From an uncultured delta proteobacterium (lineage in GTDB: Bacteria > Myxococcota_A > Polyangia > Polyangiales > Polyangiaceae), in assembly GCA_963841435.1 (NCBI GenBank), contig CAWJCS010000004.1, positions 384,001 through 448,000 of the forward strand: DNA of 64,000 bases, written 5' to 3'. This document shows positions 47,578-56,745 of the stretch, one piece after another. The translations under genes and the position numbers were made by a program. Position 1 is the first letter of the stretch; each line of letters opens with the position of its first letter. Under the pieces are notes generated by a model that saw only the letters and a program-made list of their open reading frames with translations, made no database searches and was not told the origin of the DNA.

Positions 47578-48510
47578 GTGGGCGCTGCCGAGCGCCTCGA
47601 CAAAGCCCTCGCGCGTTTGCTGTCGGACACCTCGCGGAGCACCATCAAGCGCTGGATCGACGAGGGGCGGGTGCTCGTCAACGGCCAGCCGGGTCGCGCC
47701 AGCGCTCGCTTGGGCGAGGGAGCGGTGATCGAGGTCGAGCCTGGCTCGCGGCTTCCCACCCGCGCGGAGCCGGACCCCGCGGTCTCGGTCGACGTGCTCC
47801 ACGAGGACGACGATCTCGTCGTCGTCAACAAGCCGGCGGGGCTCGTCGTGCATCCGGCGCGTGGGCACTGGACGGGGACGCTCGTGAACGGTTTGCTCGC
47901 GCGCTCCGGATTTACCGCGCCCGGCGCCGATCCGCGCGACCCCGCAGGGCTCCTGCGCCCGGGCGTGGTGCATCGCCTCGACAAGGACACGAGCGGCGTG
48001 CTCGTGGTCGCGAAAACCGAGCACGCGCGAGAGGCGCTGAAGCTCCAGCTCGCGGCGCACACCAGCGAGAGGCGCTACCTGGGGCTCACCGTGGGGGTGC
48101 CCCGGGCCGGCACGATAACGACGCTCTATGGTCGGCACCCGCGGTCAAGGCTTCGCTTCACCTCGCGGCTCGACGAGGGGCGGAGCGCCGTGACGCACGT
48201 CGAGGTCATCGAGCGGCTGGCTGGGGGCCGCGCCGCGCTCGTCGGCTGCCGACTCGAGACCGGGCGTACGCACCAGATCCGCGTGCACTTGAGCGAGCAG
48301 GCACTGACGCCGCTGTTCTCGGACCGGCTCTACGGAAGCCCGCTCCACGACGCGGAGCTTCATGCCGTGGCGTCCGAGCTCGGCCGGCAGGCATTGCACG
48401 CCGCCGTGCTCTCTTTCGACCACCCGACGCGTGGCGAGCGACTACGCTTCGAGGCTCCGTTGCCCGAAGACTTCGCGCGGGCCTGCGAACGATTGCGCGC
48501 ACTCGGCTGA
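47578..48510 (+). CDS. rluD: RluA/RluD family pseudouridine synthase with S4 domain
   Basis: Motifs RLDKAL, NKPAGLVVHP, HRLDKDTSG, TGRTHQIRVH and QALHA. Confidence 0.9.
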   Translation: MGAAERLDKALARLLSDTSRSTIKRWIDEGRVLVNGQPGRASARLGEGAVIEVEPGSRLPTRAEPDPAVSVDVLHEDDDLVVVNKPAGLVVHPARGHWTGTLVNGLLARSGFTAPGADPRDPAGLLRPGVVHRLDKDTSGVLVVAKTEHAREALKLQLAAHTSERRYLGLTVGVPRAGTITTLYGRHPRSRLRFTSRLDEGRSAVTHVEVIERLAGGRAALVGCRLETGRTHQIRVHLSEQALTPLFSDRLYGSPLHDAELHAVASELGRQALHAAVLSFDHPTRGERLRFEAPLPEDFARACERLRALG

Positions 48511-48565
48511 CCGCACGGCGCGTGGCGGGTCGCTCGATCCGGAAGGCAATTGCAGACTCGGGACG

Positions 48566-49570
48566 CTAGAGCTTCAGCACCTGGCCGAAGCGTCGCTTCA
48601 GCGCATCGGCGCCGGCGGGACCGAAGTCGTTGCCGAAGATGTCGAGTGAACGAAGGCTGCCGAGCCCGGACGACTGAGCGAGTGCCGTGGCGCCGGCGTC
48701 GCCGATGCCGTTGGCGCTGAGGTCGAGAACCTCGAGCCTTGCGAGCGCCTGCGAGCTTGCCACGGCGCGCGCGCCGGTGTCGCCGAGCGCGTTGCCGGAA
48801 AGGGCCAGCACGGCGAGGGACCCGAGCGTGTTGCTCTTGGCGAGCGCGGTCACGCCCTCGGCGCCGATGTCGCACCCGAGCAGGAACAGCGAGCGAACTT
48901 TGCCGAGTCCCGGTGACATCGCGAGAGCGCGCGCTCCCTCGAGGCCGATGGGATTCATGCTGAGATCGAGGGAGACGACGCCACCGAGAAGGCTCGCCCT
49001 GGCAAGTGCCACGGTGCCGGCGGGGCCGATGGCGTTGCCACTCAGGTTGAGGACCTTGAGGTTCGCGAAGCGTTGGGTCGCCGAAAGCTCGCTGGCACCC
49101 GCATCGCCCATGTCGTTGCCGCTCAAATCGAGCTGGCGCAACGAGCTCAGGTTGGGCGACGCCGCGAACGCGCGCACACCCTCGGCGCCGAGGTCGTTGT
49201 CACTGGCGTCCAGGGCCGACAGCTGGCCGAGCGCGGAGCTCTGGACGAGTAGGCTGCCGAGCTCTGGGCCCAACCCTCGAGCCGCGAGATCGAGGCGGGC
49301 GACGCCGGCCAGCGTGTCCGGGGTGAGGCGCTTCCGGACCTCGGCGAGGGTGCTTGCGCCCTCGAGATCTTCCGTCTTGCCCTCGGCGCCCGCGATCCTT
49401 GCGTCTTGTCCGGTGCCGATACCACTGCGCGGGGCGCCCGGCGCGTCCGCGGCAGCGGGCGGAGCGCTCGCGGGTGGCGGCGCCCCTGCCGAGCCGCCGC
49501 ACGCGCCCGCCCCCCACGCGACAGCCGAGAGCGCGGCGGAGCAGAGCGCGAGTCGGATGGGTCTTTGCAT
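48566..49570 (-). CDS. Leucine-rich repeat lipoprotein (about 9 RI-like 27-aa repeats)
   Basis: Lipobox GAGAC and repeats L..LDLS.N.IG..GA.ALA.S..L.. Confidence 0.85.
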   Translation of the reverse strand: MQRPIRLALCSAALSAVAWGAGACGGSAGAPPPASAPPAAADAPGAPRSGIGTGQDARIAGAEGKTEDLEGASTLAEVRKRLTPDTLAGVARLDLAARGLGPELGSLLVQSSALGQLSALDASDNDLGAEGVRAFAASPNLSSLRQLDLSGNDMGDAGASELSATQRFANLKVLNLSGNAIGPAGTVALARASLLGGVVSLDLSMNPIGLEGARALAMSPGLGKVRSLFLLGCDIGAEGVTALAKSNTLGSLAVLALSGNALGDTGARAVASSQALARLEVLDLSANGIGDAGATALAQSSGLGSLRSLDIFGNDFGPAGADALKRRFGQVLKL

Positions 49571-49593
49571 CCGACGATCATCCTAGCAAAGGC

Positions 49594-50598
49594 TCACTCG
49601 ATCGATCCAGAGGCGCCAGCGGGCTCGGTCGCAGTCTCGGGCACTCCGGCCCCGAGCTTTTGAGGGTGGCGGAGTCGGAGCAGCGCGAGGGCGATGAACC
49701 CGACGAGCACCGCCCACCAGAGGGTCGCGAAGCGGACGAGAATCATCGACGCGGTGGCGTCGCCCGCCTGGACGCCGCCGAGACGCACGAGCTGCTCCTG
49801 GATCATCGCCTCGGCGACGCCCAGCCCGCCGGGCACGGGAATGAGCGCCCCCGCGAGGCTCGCGGTCGAATAGAAGAACACGGCCACGCCGATCGGCACG
49901 GCCGCGCCAAAGCCGAGCAAGATGACGTAGAGGGCCACGCCCTCGCAGCCCCAGGCGAGCACCGATAGACCCGTGGGCACGAGCAAGGCGACAGGTCCGG
50001 CCACCACGCGCAGGCTGTCGAACGCCACGGCGAGCCTCGGCGCGACGCGTGACCCGAATCCGCTGCGTTGCCCGAGCCAGCCGAGCAGCGCCCGCACGGG
50101 GCGATCGTAGGCGATCAGCATGACGCCGACGACGACCGCCGTCGTCCCCGCGATGGCCCAGCCGAGCCCGCCGGCGAAGGCGCCACTGCCGACGACGATC
50201 AGCGTGATGACGCCGATGGCGTCGGTCAGTCGCTCGGCGACGACGATCGGCGCCGTTCGCTCGGCTGGAACGCCGTGGGTCCGCGAGAGCACCGCGCTCT
50301 TGAAGACTTCACCGACCTTGCCCGGCGTCACCGTGAGGATGAAGCCGCTCAGGAAGATGAGAAGGCTGTCCACCACGGCGACGTGGCGCACCTCGAGCCT
50401 CTTTAGGTAGTACTGCCACTTGAGGAAGCGCAAAAGGTAGTTCGCGCTGGCGAGCGACAGTGCCGCGAGGAAGGTGAGCCACGAGAAGCGCTCGAGGCTG
50501 TCCCGGATGGCGGCGTAGCCGGTGTAGAGCACGAACGCGCCGTACACGAGCACGCCGAACAGCATCGCGAATACGATGCGCCGGACGAGTCGGCTCAT
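49594..50598 (-). CDS. Second lysylphosphatidylglycerol-synthase-TM (flippase-like) protein
   Basis: Motifs NYLLRFLKW, TPGKVGE, AERLTD, PGGLGVAE and RFATLW. Confidence 0.85.
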   Translation of the reverse strand: MSRLVRRIVFAMLFGVLVYGAFVLYTGYAAIRDSLERFSWLTFLAALSLASANYLLRFLKWQYYLKRLEVRHVAVVDSLLIFLSGFILTVTPGKVGEVFKSAVLSRTHGVPAERTAPIVVAERLTDAIGVITLIVVGSGAFAGGLGWAIAGTTAVVVGVMLIAYDRPVRALLGWLGQRSGFGSRVAPRLAVAFDSLRVVAGPVALLVPTGLSVLAWGCEGVALYVILLGFGAAVPIGVAVFFYSTASLAGALIPVPGGLGVAEAMIQEQLVRLGGVQAGDATASMILVRFATLWWAVLVGFIALALLRLRHPQKLGAGVPETATEPAGASGSIE

Positions 50599-50798
50599 GG
50601 ACGCCGGCGCTTTCGGAGACGGAGCGCGTAATAGACGAGCGTGAGCACGACGAGCAATGCTGCCACGGCAACGACCACGGCCGCAGAGGTTTGCTGCTCG
50701 CCGCGGGCCAGGCCCGGCGGCGGCCGCTCGACGAGCGTGCGCTCGCCGGTTGCTTGGGCGCTCCCGAGGCTCGCCAACGGCCGGGGTCGCTCCGTCAT
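50595..50798 (-). CDS. Small single-pass membrane protein
   Basis: 67 aa with a C-terminal TM and basic tail. ATGA-coupled to the flippase-like gene. Confidence 0.55.
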   Translation of the reverse strand: MTERPRPLASLGSAQATGERTLVERPPPGLARGEQQTSAAVVVAVAALLVVLTLVYYALRLRKRRRP

Positions 50799-50860
50799 TC
50801 GGCTCGCGGGAATACCTGGGCGGTTGACGACTTGCAACTCTCGCGAAAGGATGCCCCAGC

Positions 50861-51874
50861 GTGGCAGCAACCCTCGCGCCGGTCGCAAAGGACATCGAGC
50901 TTCTCGCGCGGACAGCGGAAGCCTGCCAGCGCCTGCGCAAAGAGGTCGCCAAGGTCGTCGTAGGGCACGATGGGGCCGTAGACGGTCTGCTGGTCACGCT
51001 GCTCGCCAGGGGGCACGCCCTGCTCGTGGGGGTCCCCGGGCTGGCCAAGACCCTTCTGGTCTCGAGCGTCGCGCAGGCGCTCGATCTGAGCTTCGGGCGC
51101 GTCCAGTTCACCCCCGACCTCCTGCCGGCCGACATCACGGGGACCGACGTGCTTTCGAACCGGGAGGAAGGCGGCCGCGTGGAGCAGCGCATCGGCTTCA
51201 TGCCCGGACCGATCTTCAAGAACCTCGTGCTCGCTGACGAGGTCAACCGCACGCCGCCGAAGACGCAGGCGGCGCTGCTCCAGGCCATGCAAGAACGACG
51301 GGTCACCGCTGGCGGCGTCACGCACGTGTTGCCGGACCCGTTCCAGGTGTTCGCCACGCGCAATCCCATCGAGCAAGAAGGAACCTATCCGTTACCCGAG
51401 GCGCAGCTCGATCGCTTCTTGCTAGAGATCCACGTCGAGTACCCGTCGGCGGACGAGGAGCGCGACATCGCGCGGCGCACGACCTCCGGGCTCACGCCGG
51501 AGCTCGAGTCCGTCGTCAGCGTCGACGAGCTCCGGGAGATCGGCGCGCTCGTGCCTCGCATACCGATCACGGACGAGGCGGTGGATCTCGCGGTCAAGCT
51601 CGCGCGCCTATCGCGACCGGGAGAGCCTGCCGCGCCCAAGGAAGTGAGCGAGTACGTGCGCTTCGGCGCCGGTCCACGCGGTAGCCAGGCGCTCGTGCTC
51701 GCGGCCAAGGCCAGGGCGGCGTCGAACGGTGAGGCGGCGGCCGACCTCGACGACGTGCTCGCGCTCGCCCTGCCCGCGCTCAGACACCGCCTCGTCTTGA
51801 GCTATCGCGCCGACGTGGATGGTATCCACGCCGCCGACATCGTGAACAAGCTCGTCGAGCGCGCGCAGAGGTGA
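50861..51874 (+). CDS. MoxR family AAA+ ATPase
   Basis: Motifs GVPGLAKT, RVQFTPDLLPAD, LADEVNR, NPIEQEGTYPLPEAQLDRF and GAGPR. Confidence 0.93.
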   Translation: MAATLAPVAKDIELLARTAEACQRLRKEVAKVVVGHDGAVDGLLVTLLARGHALLVGVPGLAKTLLVSSVAQALDLSFGRVQFTPDLLPADITGTDVLSNREEGGRVEQRIGFMPGPIFKNLVLADEVNRTPPKTQAALLQAMQERRVTAGGVTHVLPDPFQVFATRNPIEQEGTYPLPEAQLDRFLLEIHVEYPSADEERDIARRTTSGLTPELESVVSVDELREIGALVPRIPITDEAVDLAVKLARLSRPGEPAAPKEVSEYVRFGAGPRGSQALVLAAKARAASNGEAAADLDDVLALALPALRHRLVLSYRADVDGIHAADIVNKLVERAQR

Positions 51875-51877
51875 CGC

Positions 51878-52153
51878 TTGGTTGACGCTAACCTCAAGGC
51901 GGAAATCAAGGCGCTCCTCATCGAGGCGCTCGATCTTCGCAGCAAGAAGCCGGAGGACATCGGCGACGACCTTCCCCTTTTCGGTGACGGGCTCAAGCTC
52001 GACTCGCTCGACGCGCTGCAGCTCGCCGTCGCGCTCGAGGAACGCTACGGCCTCGAGGTGCCCGAGGGGGAGGATGGGCGACGAATCTTCACGTCCGTTG
52101 CCACCCTCGCCGACGCCGTCTCACGGGTGATCGGAGAGCGGAAGCAGCCGTAG
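51878..52153 (+). CDS. Acyl carrier protein (aryl-polyene/type II PKS-like)
   Basis: LFGDGLKLDSLDALQL with the phosphopantetheine Ser. Confidence 0.9.
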   Translation: MVDANLKAEIKALLIEALDLRSKKPEDIGDDLPLFGDGLKLDSLDALQLAVALEERYGLEVPEGEDGRRIFTSVATLADAVSRVIGERKQP

Positions 52154-52154
52154 C

Positions 52155-54347
52155 GTGGCGTTCTCGCGTGTTGCCGTGACGGGTGTCGGCGTCGTGTCCG
52201 CGCTCGGGGTCGGCGCGGAGCGCACGTTCGAGAGCCTCGTGGCCGGGGTGAGTGGCGTGCGTGCCGTCGCGCTGTTCGACCCGCTCGATGCACGCTCACG
52301 ACTCGCCGCCGAGGTCGTCGGGCTCGACGTGTCGCACGTGGCGCCCGCGGGCGCGCGTGGTTGGTCGCGGACGGACGCCATGGCGCTGCTCGCGGCCGAC
52401 GAGGCCCTGCGGGCGTCGGGAGCGGGCCCGAAGCGCCTCGGCGTTTGCCTCGGTGGCACCACGGGCGGGATGTTCGAGACAGAGGCGGAGCTCATGGGCG
52501 GGTCCCTCGAGCGCGTCGAGCCCGAGCGCGCCCGGCGTCTGCTCGACCATCCGCTCGACCGCGTCGCCGAGCGGGTCGCGGGCGTGCTGGGCGCCGTTCG
52601 TCACGCGACCGTGTGCGCGGCTTGCGCGAGCGGGGCCATCGCCGTCGTGCGGGCCGTGGCGTGGCTCGAGCGCGGTCTCGTCGATCGCGTGCTGGCCGGC
52701 GGCGCCGATGGGCTGTGCCGCCTCACGTTCTTCGGCTTCGACGCGCTCGGAGCCCTGGATCCGGAGCCGTGCCGTCCGTTCGATCGCGGTCGCCGGGGGC
52801 TTTCGCTCGGCGAAGGAGCGGGCTTTCTGGCGCTCGAGCGCGAGGAGGCGGCGCTCGAGCGCGGCGCGCGGATCCTCGCGTTCGTCAGTGGGGCCGCCGT
52901 CGGAGCAGAAGCGCATCACATCACTCACCCCGAGCCTTCCGCCGTCCGCGCGACCGAGCTGGTCGCGGAGGCGATGGCGTCGGCCGGTCTGCGCCCCGCC
53001 GACGTCGATTACGTCAACGCCCACGGGACGGGCACCCCCCAGAACGACGCCATGGAGGCGCTCGCGCTGCATGGCGCGCTCGGAGCGGAGGCTCGTCGTA
53101 TCCTCTGCTCGTCGTGCAAGGGTCAGCTCGGGCACACGCTCGGCGCCGCGGGTGCCATAGAAGCGTGCGTGACGGCGCTCGCGCTCGAGCGAGGCATTGC
53201 ACCGCCGACGGGCGGTCTCGCCGATCCCGAGGACGCGAGCCTCGCCCACGTGCTTGCCCGCGGGCGCGAGGCGTCGCTGCGCGCGGCACTTTCGTGCTCC
53301 TTCGGGTTCGGGGGCACGGGCACGGTGCTCGCGCTCGAGCGGGCCGACCAGGCGTCGCGAGCCGCCGCACCCGAGCCCGTGGCGCGTGCCGTGGTGACCG
53401 GTGTTGCCGTGGCCGGGGCCTTTGGGGAGCTTGCCGGCCGCGCGGCCGCCGCGCTGGCTCTTGCCGAGCCGGGTCCGCCGCCCCCTGCGCTGCCGAGCCC
53501 CATCGAGCGGCTGAGCGCAGAGCGTTCGCGCCGCTTCGACCGTGGTGCTGCGTGGCTCACCAGGGTCGCCGAGCTCTGCCTCGCTGACGCCGGGACGGCT
53601 GCGGCGGGCTCCGGTCTGGTGGGCGGTGCGGCCTTTGGCAGCGTCACCCGGTCGGTGGAGTTCGTCTTGCGTGCGCTGTCGCGTGGGGTGCGCCGCGCGA
53701 ACCCCGCGGAGTTCCCGCACCTCGTGGGGTCCGGTGCGACGGGCAACGCCTCCATCTATCTGGGGCTCACGGGGCCGGTGCTCGCCGTGGCCGCGGGGGA
53801 GGGGAGCGCCGAGAGTGCGCTCGAGGCGGCGCTCGACCTCTCGCTCGTTTCCGGGTGTCAGTCGTTGCTTGCGGGAAGCGCCGAGGGTCTCGATGCGATC
53901 GTCGCTGCCGTGCGTCCGCCCGTTGCACGCGAGGGCACGACGCCGACGCGCTCGGAGGGTGCGGGCCTCGTGCTCGTCGAGACGCTCGAGCGGGCTCTCC
54001 TACGGGGTGCGACGCCGCTCGCGGCGCTCGACGCACCGCTGATGCTTTCCGCGCCCTACCCGGTGGACCGCGTGCTCGCCCCACCGCGAAATGCCGCGCG
54101 CGCTCTCTTGCTGCGAGGCTCGCTCTCGGCCGAGCACCGGGCGGCGCTCGGCTCCTCGCGCTGGGGCAAAGGCGAGAGCCGGTCGCTGCTCGACGTTGTG
54201 GGATTCTTCGAGGGGCTCTCGGGCGTGGTGCTTGCCGTGGCGGCCGCCGTCGTCGCCGACGGAGGTGCAGACGAGGTGCTCGCGTGCACCAGCGTCGGCG
54301 AAGCGCTCTACCTGACGCGGTTCGACCGCATCGGCGGCGCGCCATGA
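52155..54347 (+). CDS. Beta-ketoacyl synthase (FabF-like KS) fused to a C-terminal chain-length-factor-like domain
   Basis: KS triad ACASG / NAHGTGT / GHTLGAAG and FGFGG. C-terminal domain RRFDR...NPAEFP..V...GNASI lacks the catalytic motifs. Confidence 0.85.
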   Translation: MAFSRVAVTGVGVVSALGVGAERTFESLVAGVSGVRAVALFDPLDARSRLAAEVVGLDVSHVAPAGARGWSRTDAMALLAADEALRASGAGPKRLGVCLGGTTGGMFETEAELMGGSLERVEPERARRLLDHPLDRVAERVAGVLGAVRHATVCAACASGAIAVVRAVAWLERGLVDRVLAGGADGLCRLTFFGFDALGALDPEPCRPFDRGRRGLSLGEGAGFLALEREEAALERGARILAFVSGAAVGAEAHHITHPEPSAVRATELVAEAMASAGLRPADVDYVNAHGTGTPQNDAMEALALHGALGAEARRILCSSCKGQLGHTLGAAGAIEACVTALALERGIAPPTGGLADPEDASLAHVLARGREASLRAALSCSFGFGGTGTVLALERADQASRAAAPEPVARAVVTGVAVAGAFGELAGRAAAALALAEPGPPPPALPSPIERLSAERSRRFDRGAAWLTRVAELCLADAGTAAAGSGLVGGAAFGSVTRSVEFVLRALSRGVRRANPAEFPHLVGSGATGNASIYLGLTGPVLAVAAGEGSAESALEAALDLSLVSGCQSLLAGSAEGLDAIVAAVRPPVAREGTTPTRSEGAGLVLVETLERALLRGATPLAALDAPLMLSAPYPVDRVLAPPRNAARALLLRGSLSAEHRAALGSSRWGKGESRSLLDVVGFFEGLSGVVLAVAAAVVADGGADEVLACTSVGEALYLTRFDRIGGAP

Positions 54348-56146
54348 GGCCCGTCGCCGTCGTTGCGGCAGGAGCAATTTCCGCGCTCGGTGAGGGTGAC
54401 CCCGGCGCGTCGATCGGCGACCCCGCGGTGCCGGTGATCACTCGTGTCGCCCACGACGAGCCGTTCGCGCGGGCGGGACTCTTGCGACCGCGCGCCGCGC
54501 GCGTGCCCGTCGCGCTCGCTCCCGACGCCGACCGCGCGCACGCGCTGCTTCGCCGCGCGGCCGCGCTGCTCCGCCGCGACCTCGAAGTTGCACTGCCGGA
54601 TCTCGGCGCGCGCCGTGTGGCCGTGCTCGTCGGCACGTCGGGCGCCGGTATGCCGAGCCTCGAGCGTGCGCTGTCGCTGCGCGCGCGGGGCGAACCGATT
54701 CCGACGGCCCTCGCGCGCAGCGCCGGTTATAGGCTGCCTCCGAGCACGTTCGAAGACCTGTTCGACGATCGCTGGCAGGTGATCCAGCTGCTCGTCGCGT
54801 GTGTCTCCTCGACGCTGGCGATCGGTCTCGGTGTCCGGCTCCTCGGGCTGGGCGAGGCGGATCTCGTGATCGCGGGTGGCTACGATGCGCTCTCCTGCTT
54901 CATCGCCACGGGCTTCGAGGCGCTGGGGGCCACGACCGCGACGTGCCCACGGCCGTTTCGGCGCGATCGCGACGGCATGGCGCTGGGCGAAGGAGCTGCG
55001 TTGCTCGCACTTTCGCGGCTCGGCGAGGCGCCCGCGCGGCTCGGCTGCGTGCTCGGCTTCGGCGCGAGCTCGGACGCGCTGCACGTGACCGCTCCGGATC
55101 CGAGCGGCGCCGGGCTCGAGCGCGCGGCCCGCGCTGCGCTCGACGACGCCGGGCTCGATACGGCCGCCGTGGATTGGGTGAGCGCACACGCCACGGCGAC
55201 CCGGCACAACGACGCGGCGGAAGCGGCTGCGCTGACGGCACTGTTCGGCGGGCGCGACGTGCCGGTCGCCGTCCATCCGTTCAAGGCGACGATCGGGCAC
55301 ACGCTGGGTGCCGCGGGCGCGCTCGAGTCGCTCGCGGCACTCGGCGCGATCCGCGCGGGCGTGGTCCCGGGCGCGCCGGGGCATGGCGACCTCGACGCGT
55401 CGTTTCCGGGGCGTTTGCTCGCGGCGACGGAGCGCGCAGCGTCGAAGGTTTGCCTCAAGCTCTCGTCGGCGTTCGGCGGCATGAATGCCGCGCTCGTGCT
55501 CGGCGCCGCGCCACCGGCTACCACGGCGTCGGGCCCGTCCGCGGGGGCCGGCGCGGACGGCACGCCTGGGGACGCGCCGTCCGCGCCGGCCGCGATTGTC
55601 GCGCGCTCGGTCCGTCCGCTCACGGCCTGGCTCGCCGTGAGCGAACCGGACCTCGGCCTGCTCACTCGGCGCACGCGCCTCGAGCCCGTGCGCATCGAAC
55701 GCCTCGACCGCGTGAGCGCGCTCGCTGTCACCGCGGTCGCGCGTTTGCTCGATTCGCTCGGCAAGGTGGATCCGGCGCGCACCGCGGTCGTCGTGGGCAC
55801 CGTGCTCGGCTCCCTCGAAGCCAACGAACGCTTCGACCGACGCCGGCGGGATCGCGGCGCTGCCGGGGTCGAACCCCGCCGCTTCCCCGAGACCTCGCCA
55901 AACCTACCGGCCGGGCTCTGCTCCATCGCCTTCGGCCTGCTGGGCCCGTCCCTGGCCGTCGGCGGGGGCTCCCGAGCCCCCGAGGAGGCGGAGCGCCTCG
56001 CGCGCTTGCTCGTGGCCTGCGGGGATGCCGATTGGGCGCTGGTCGTCACGGCGGACGATGTCGGCGCCGTGGCAAAGGACCTGCTGCCGGCCGGCGGCTT
56101 GGCGCTGCCCCCTGACGGGGCACAGGCGGTGGCCTTCGGCGTCTGA
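54344..56146 (+). CDS. Second KS-CLF-like fused beta-ketoacyl synthase
   Basis: ATGA overlap. Motifs ACVSS, SAHATAT, GHTLGAAG and AFGG. C-terminal RLDRVS...EPRRFPETSPN..AG.CSI CLF-like domain. Confidence 0.82.
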   Translation: MRPVAVVAAGAISALGEGDPGASIGDPAVPVITRVAHDEPFARAGLLRPRAARVPVALAPDADRAHALLRRAAALLRRDLEVALPDLGARRVAVLVGTSGAGMPSLERALSLRARGEPIPTALARSAGYRLPPSTFEDLFDDRWQVIQLLVACVSSTLAIGLGVRLLGLGEADLVIAGGYDALSCFIATGFEALGATTATCPRPFRRDRDGMALGEGAALLALSRLGEAPARLGCVLGFGASSDALHVTAPDPSGAGLERAARAALDDAGLDTAAVDWVSAHATATRHNDAAEAAALTALFGGRDVPVAVHPFKATIGHTLGAAGALESLAALGAIRAGVVPGAPGHGDLDASFPGRLLAATERAASKVCLKLSSAFGGMNAALVLGAAPPATTASGPSAGAGADGTPGDAPSAPAAIVARSVRPLTAWLAVSEPDLGLLTRRTRLEPVRIERLDRVSALAVTAVARLLDSLGKVDPARTAVVVGTVLGSLEANERFDRRRRDRGAAGVEPRRFPETSPNLPAGLCSIAFGLLGPSLAVGGGSRAPEEAERLARLLVACGDADWALVVTADDVGAVAKDLLPAGGLALPPDGAQAVAFGV

Positions 56147-56147
56147 G

Positions 56148-56186
56148 CCCCGCTTCGCCCCGCGGGGCGAAGCGGGGGCCCCTTTT
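56148..56186 (+). terminator. Intrinsic terminator-like hairpin (perfect 30-bp palindrome, then CCCCTTTT)
   Basis: CCCCGCTTCGCCCCG|CGGGGCGAAGCGGGG at 56148-56177, immediately after the KS2 stop. Confidence 0.65.
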
Positions 56187-56261
56187 CAAGGCGCGTCCCC
56201 CCGGTGTAGCGTCCGCGCGGAATACGGTTCCCCCCGAGGGGCGTTCCACCGATCGAACGGC

Positions 56262-56741
56262 ATGCTTCGCTTCCCTGTCCACGCCGCCGCCCTCGCGGTC
56301 ACGCTCGTCGTCAGCGCCTGCTCCCGCGACTACATCCCGAACACCGACATCGAGGACAGCGACTTCAACCGCCGCGTCGTCGAGTTCTGCGAGGACTACC
56401 GCCATGCGGTCGAGCGCCGCAACGTCGGCATGCTGCTCAAGCTCGCCGACCCTCGCTACTACGAGGACGGCGGTACCTCCGACACGAGCGATGACCTCGA
56501 CTATGCGGGTCTGAAGCAATACCTCGAAGGCAAGTTCCGCGAGGTGAACGGCATTCGCTACGAGGTGCGCTATCGGGAGGTCACGCGCGGCCGAAACGAG
56601 GAGGTGTACGTGGCGTACACCTACAGCGCAAGCTACAAGGTCCCGAGCGAAAACGGCGACGTGTGGCGTCGGCGCGTCGCCGACAACCGCCTCGAGCTCG
56701 TGCCCAAGGGCGACGTCTTCCGTATCATCGCCGGCATGTGA
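56262..56741 (+). CDS. NTF2-like (SnoaL-like) fold lipoprotein
   Basis: Lipobox VSAC. Helix (YRHAVERRN) followed by beta-strands, ending IIAGM. Confidence 0.7.
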   Translation: MLRFPVHAAALAVTLVVSACSRDYIPNTDIEDSDFNRRVVEFCEDYRHAVERRNVGMLLKLADPRYYEDGGTSDTSDDLDYAGLKQYLEGKFREVNGIRYEVRYREVTRGRNEEVYVAYTYSASYKVPSENGDVWRRRVADNRLELVPKGDVFRIIAGM

Positions 56742-56745
56742 TGCG

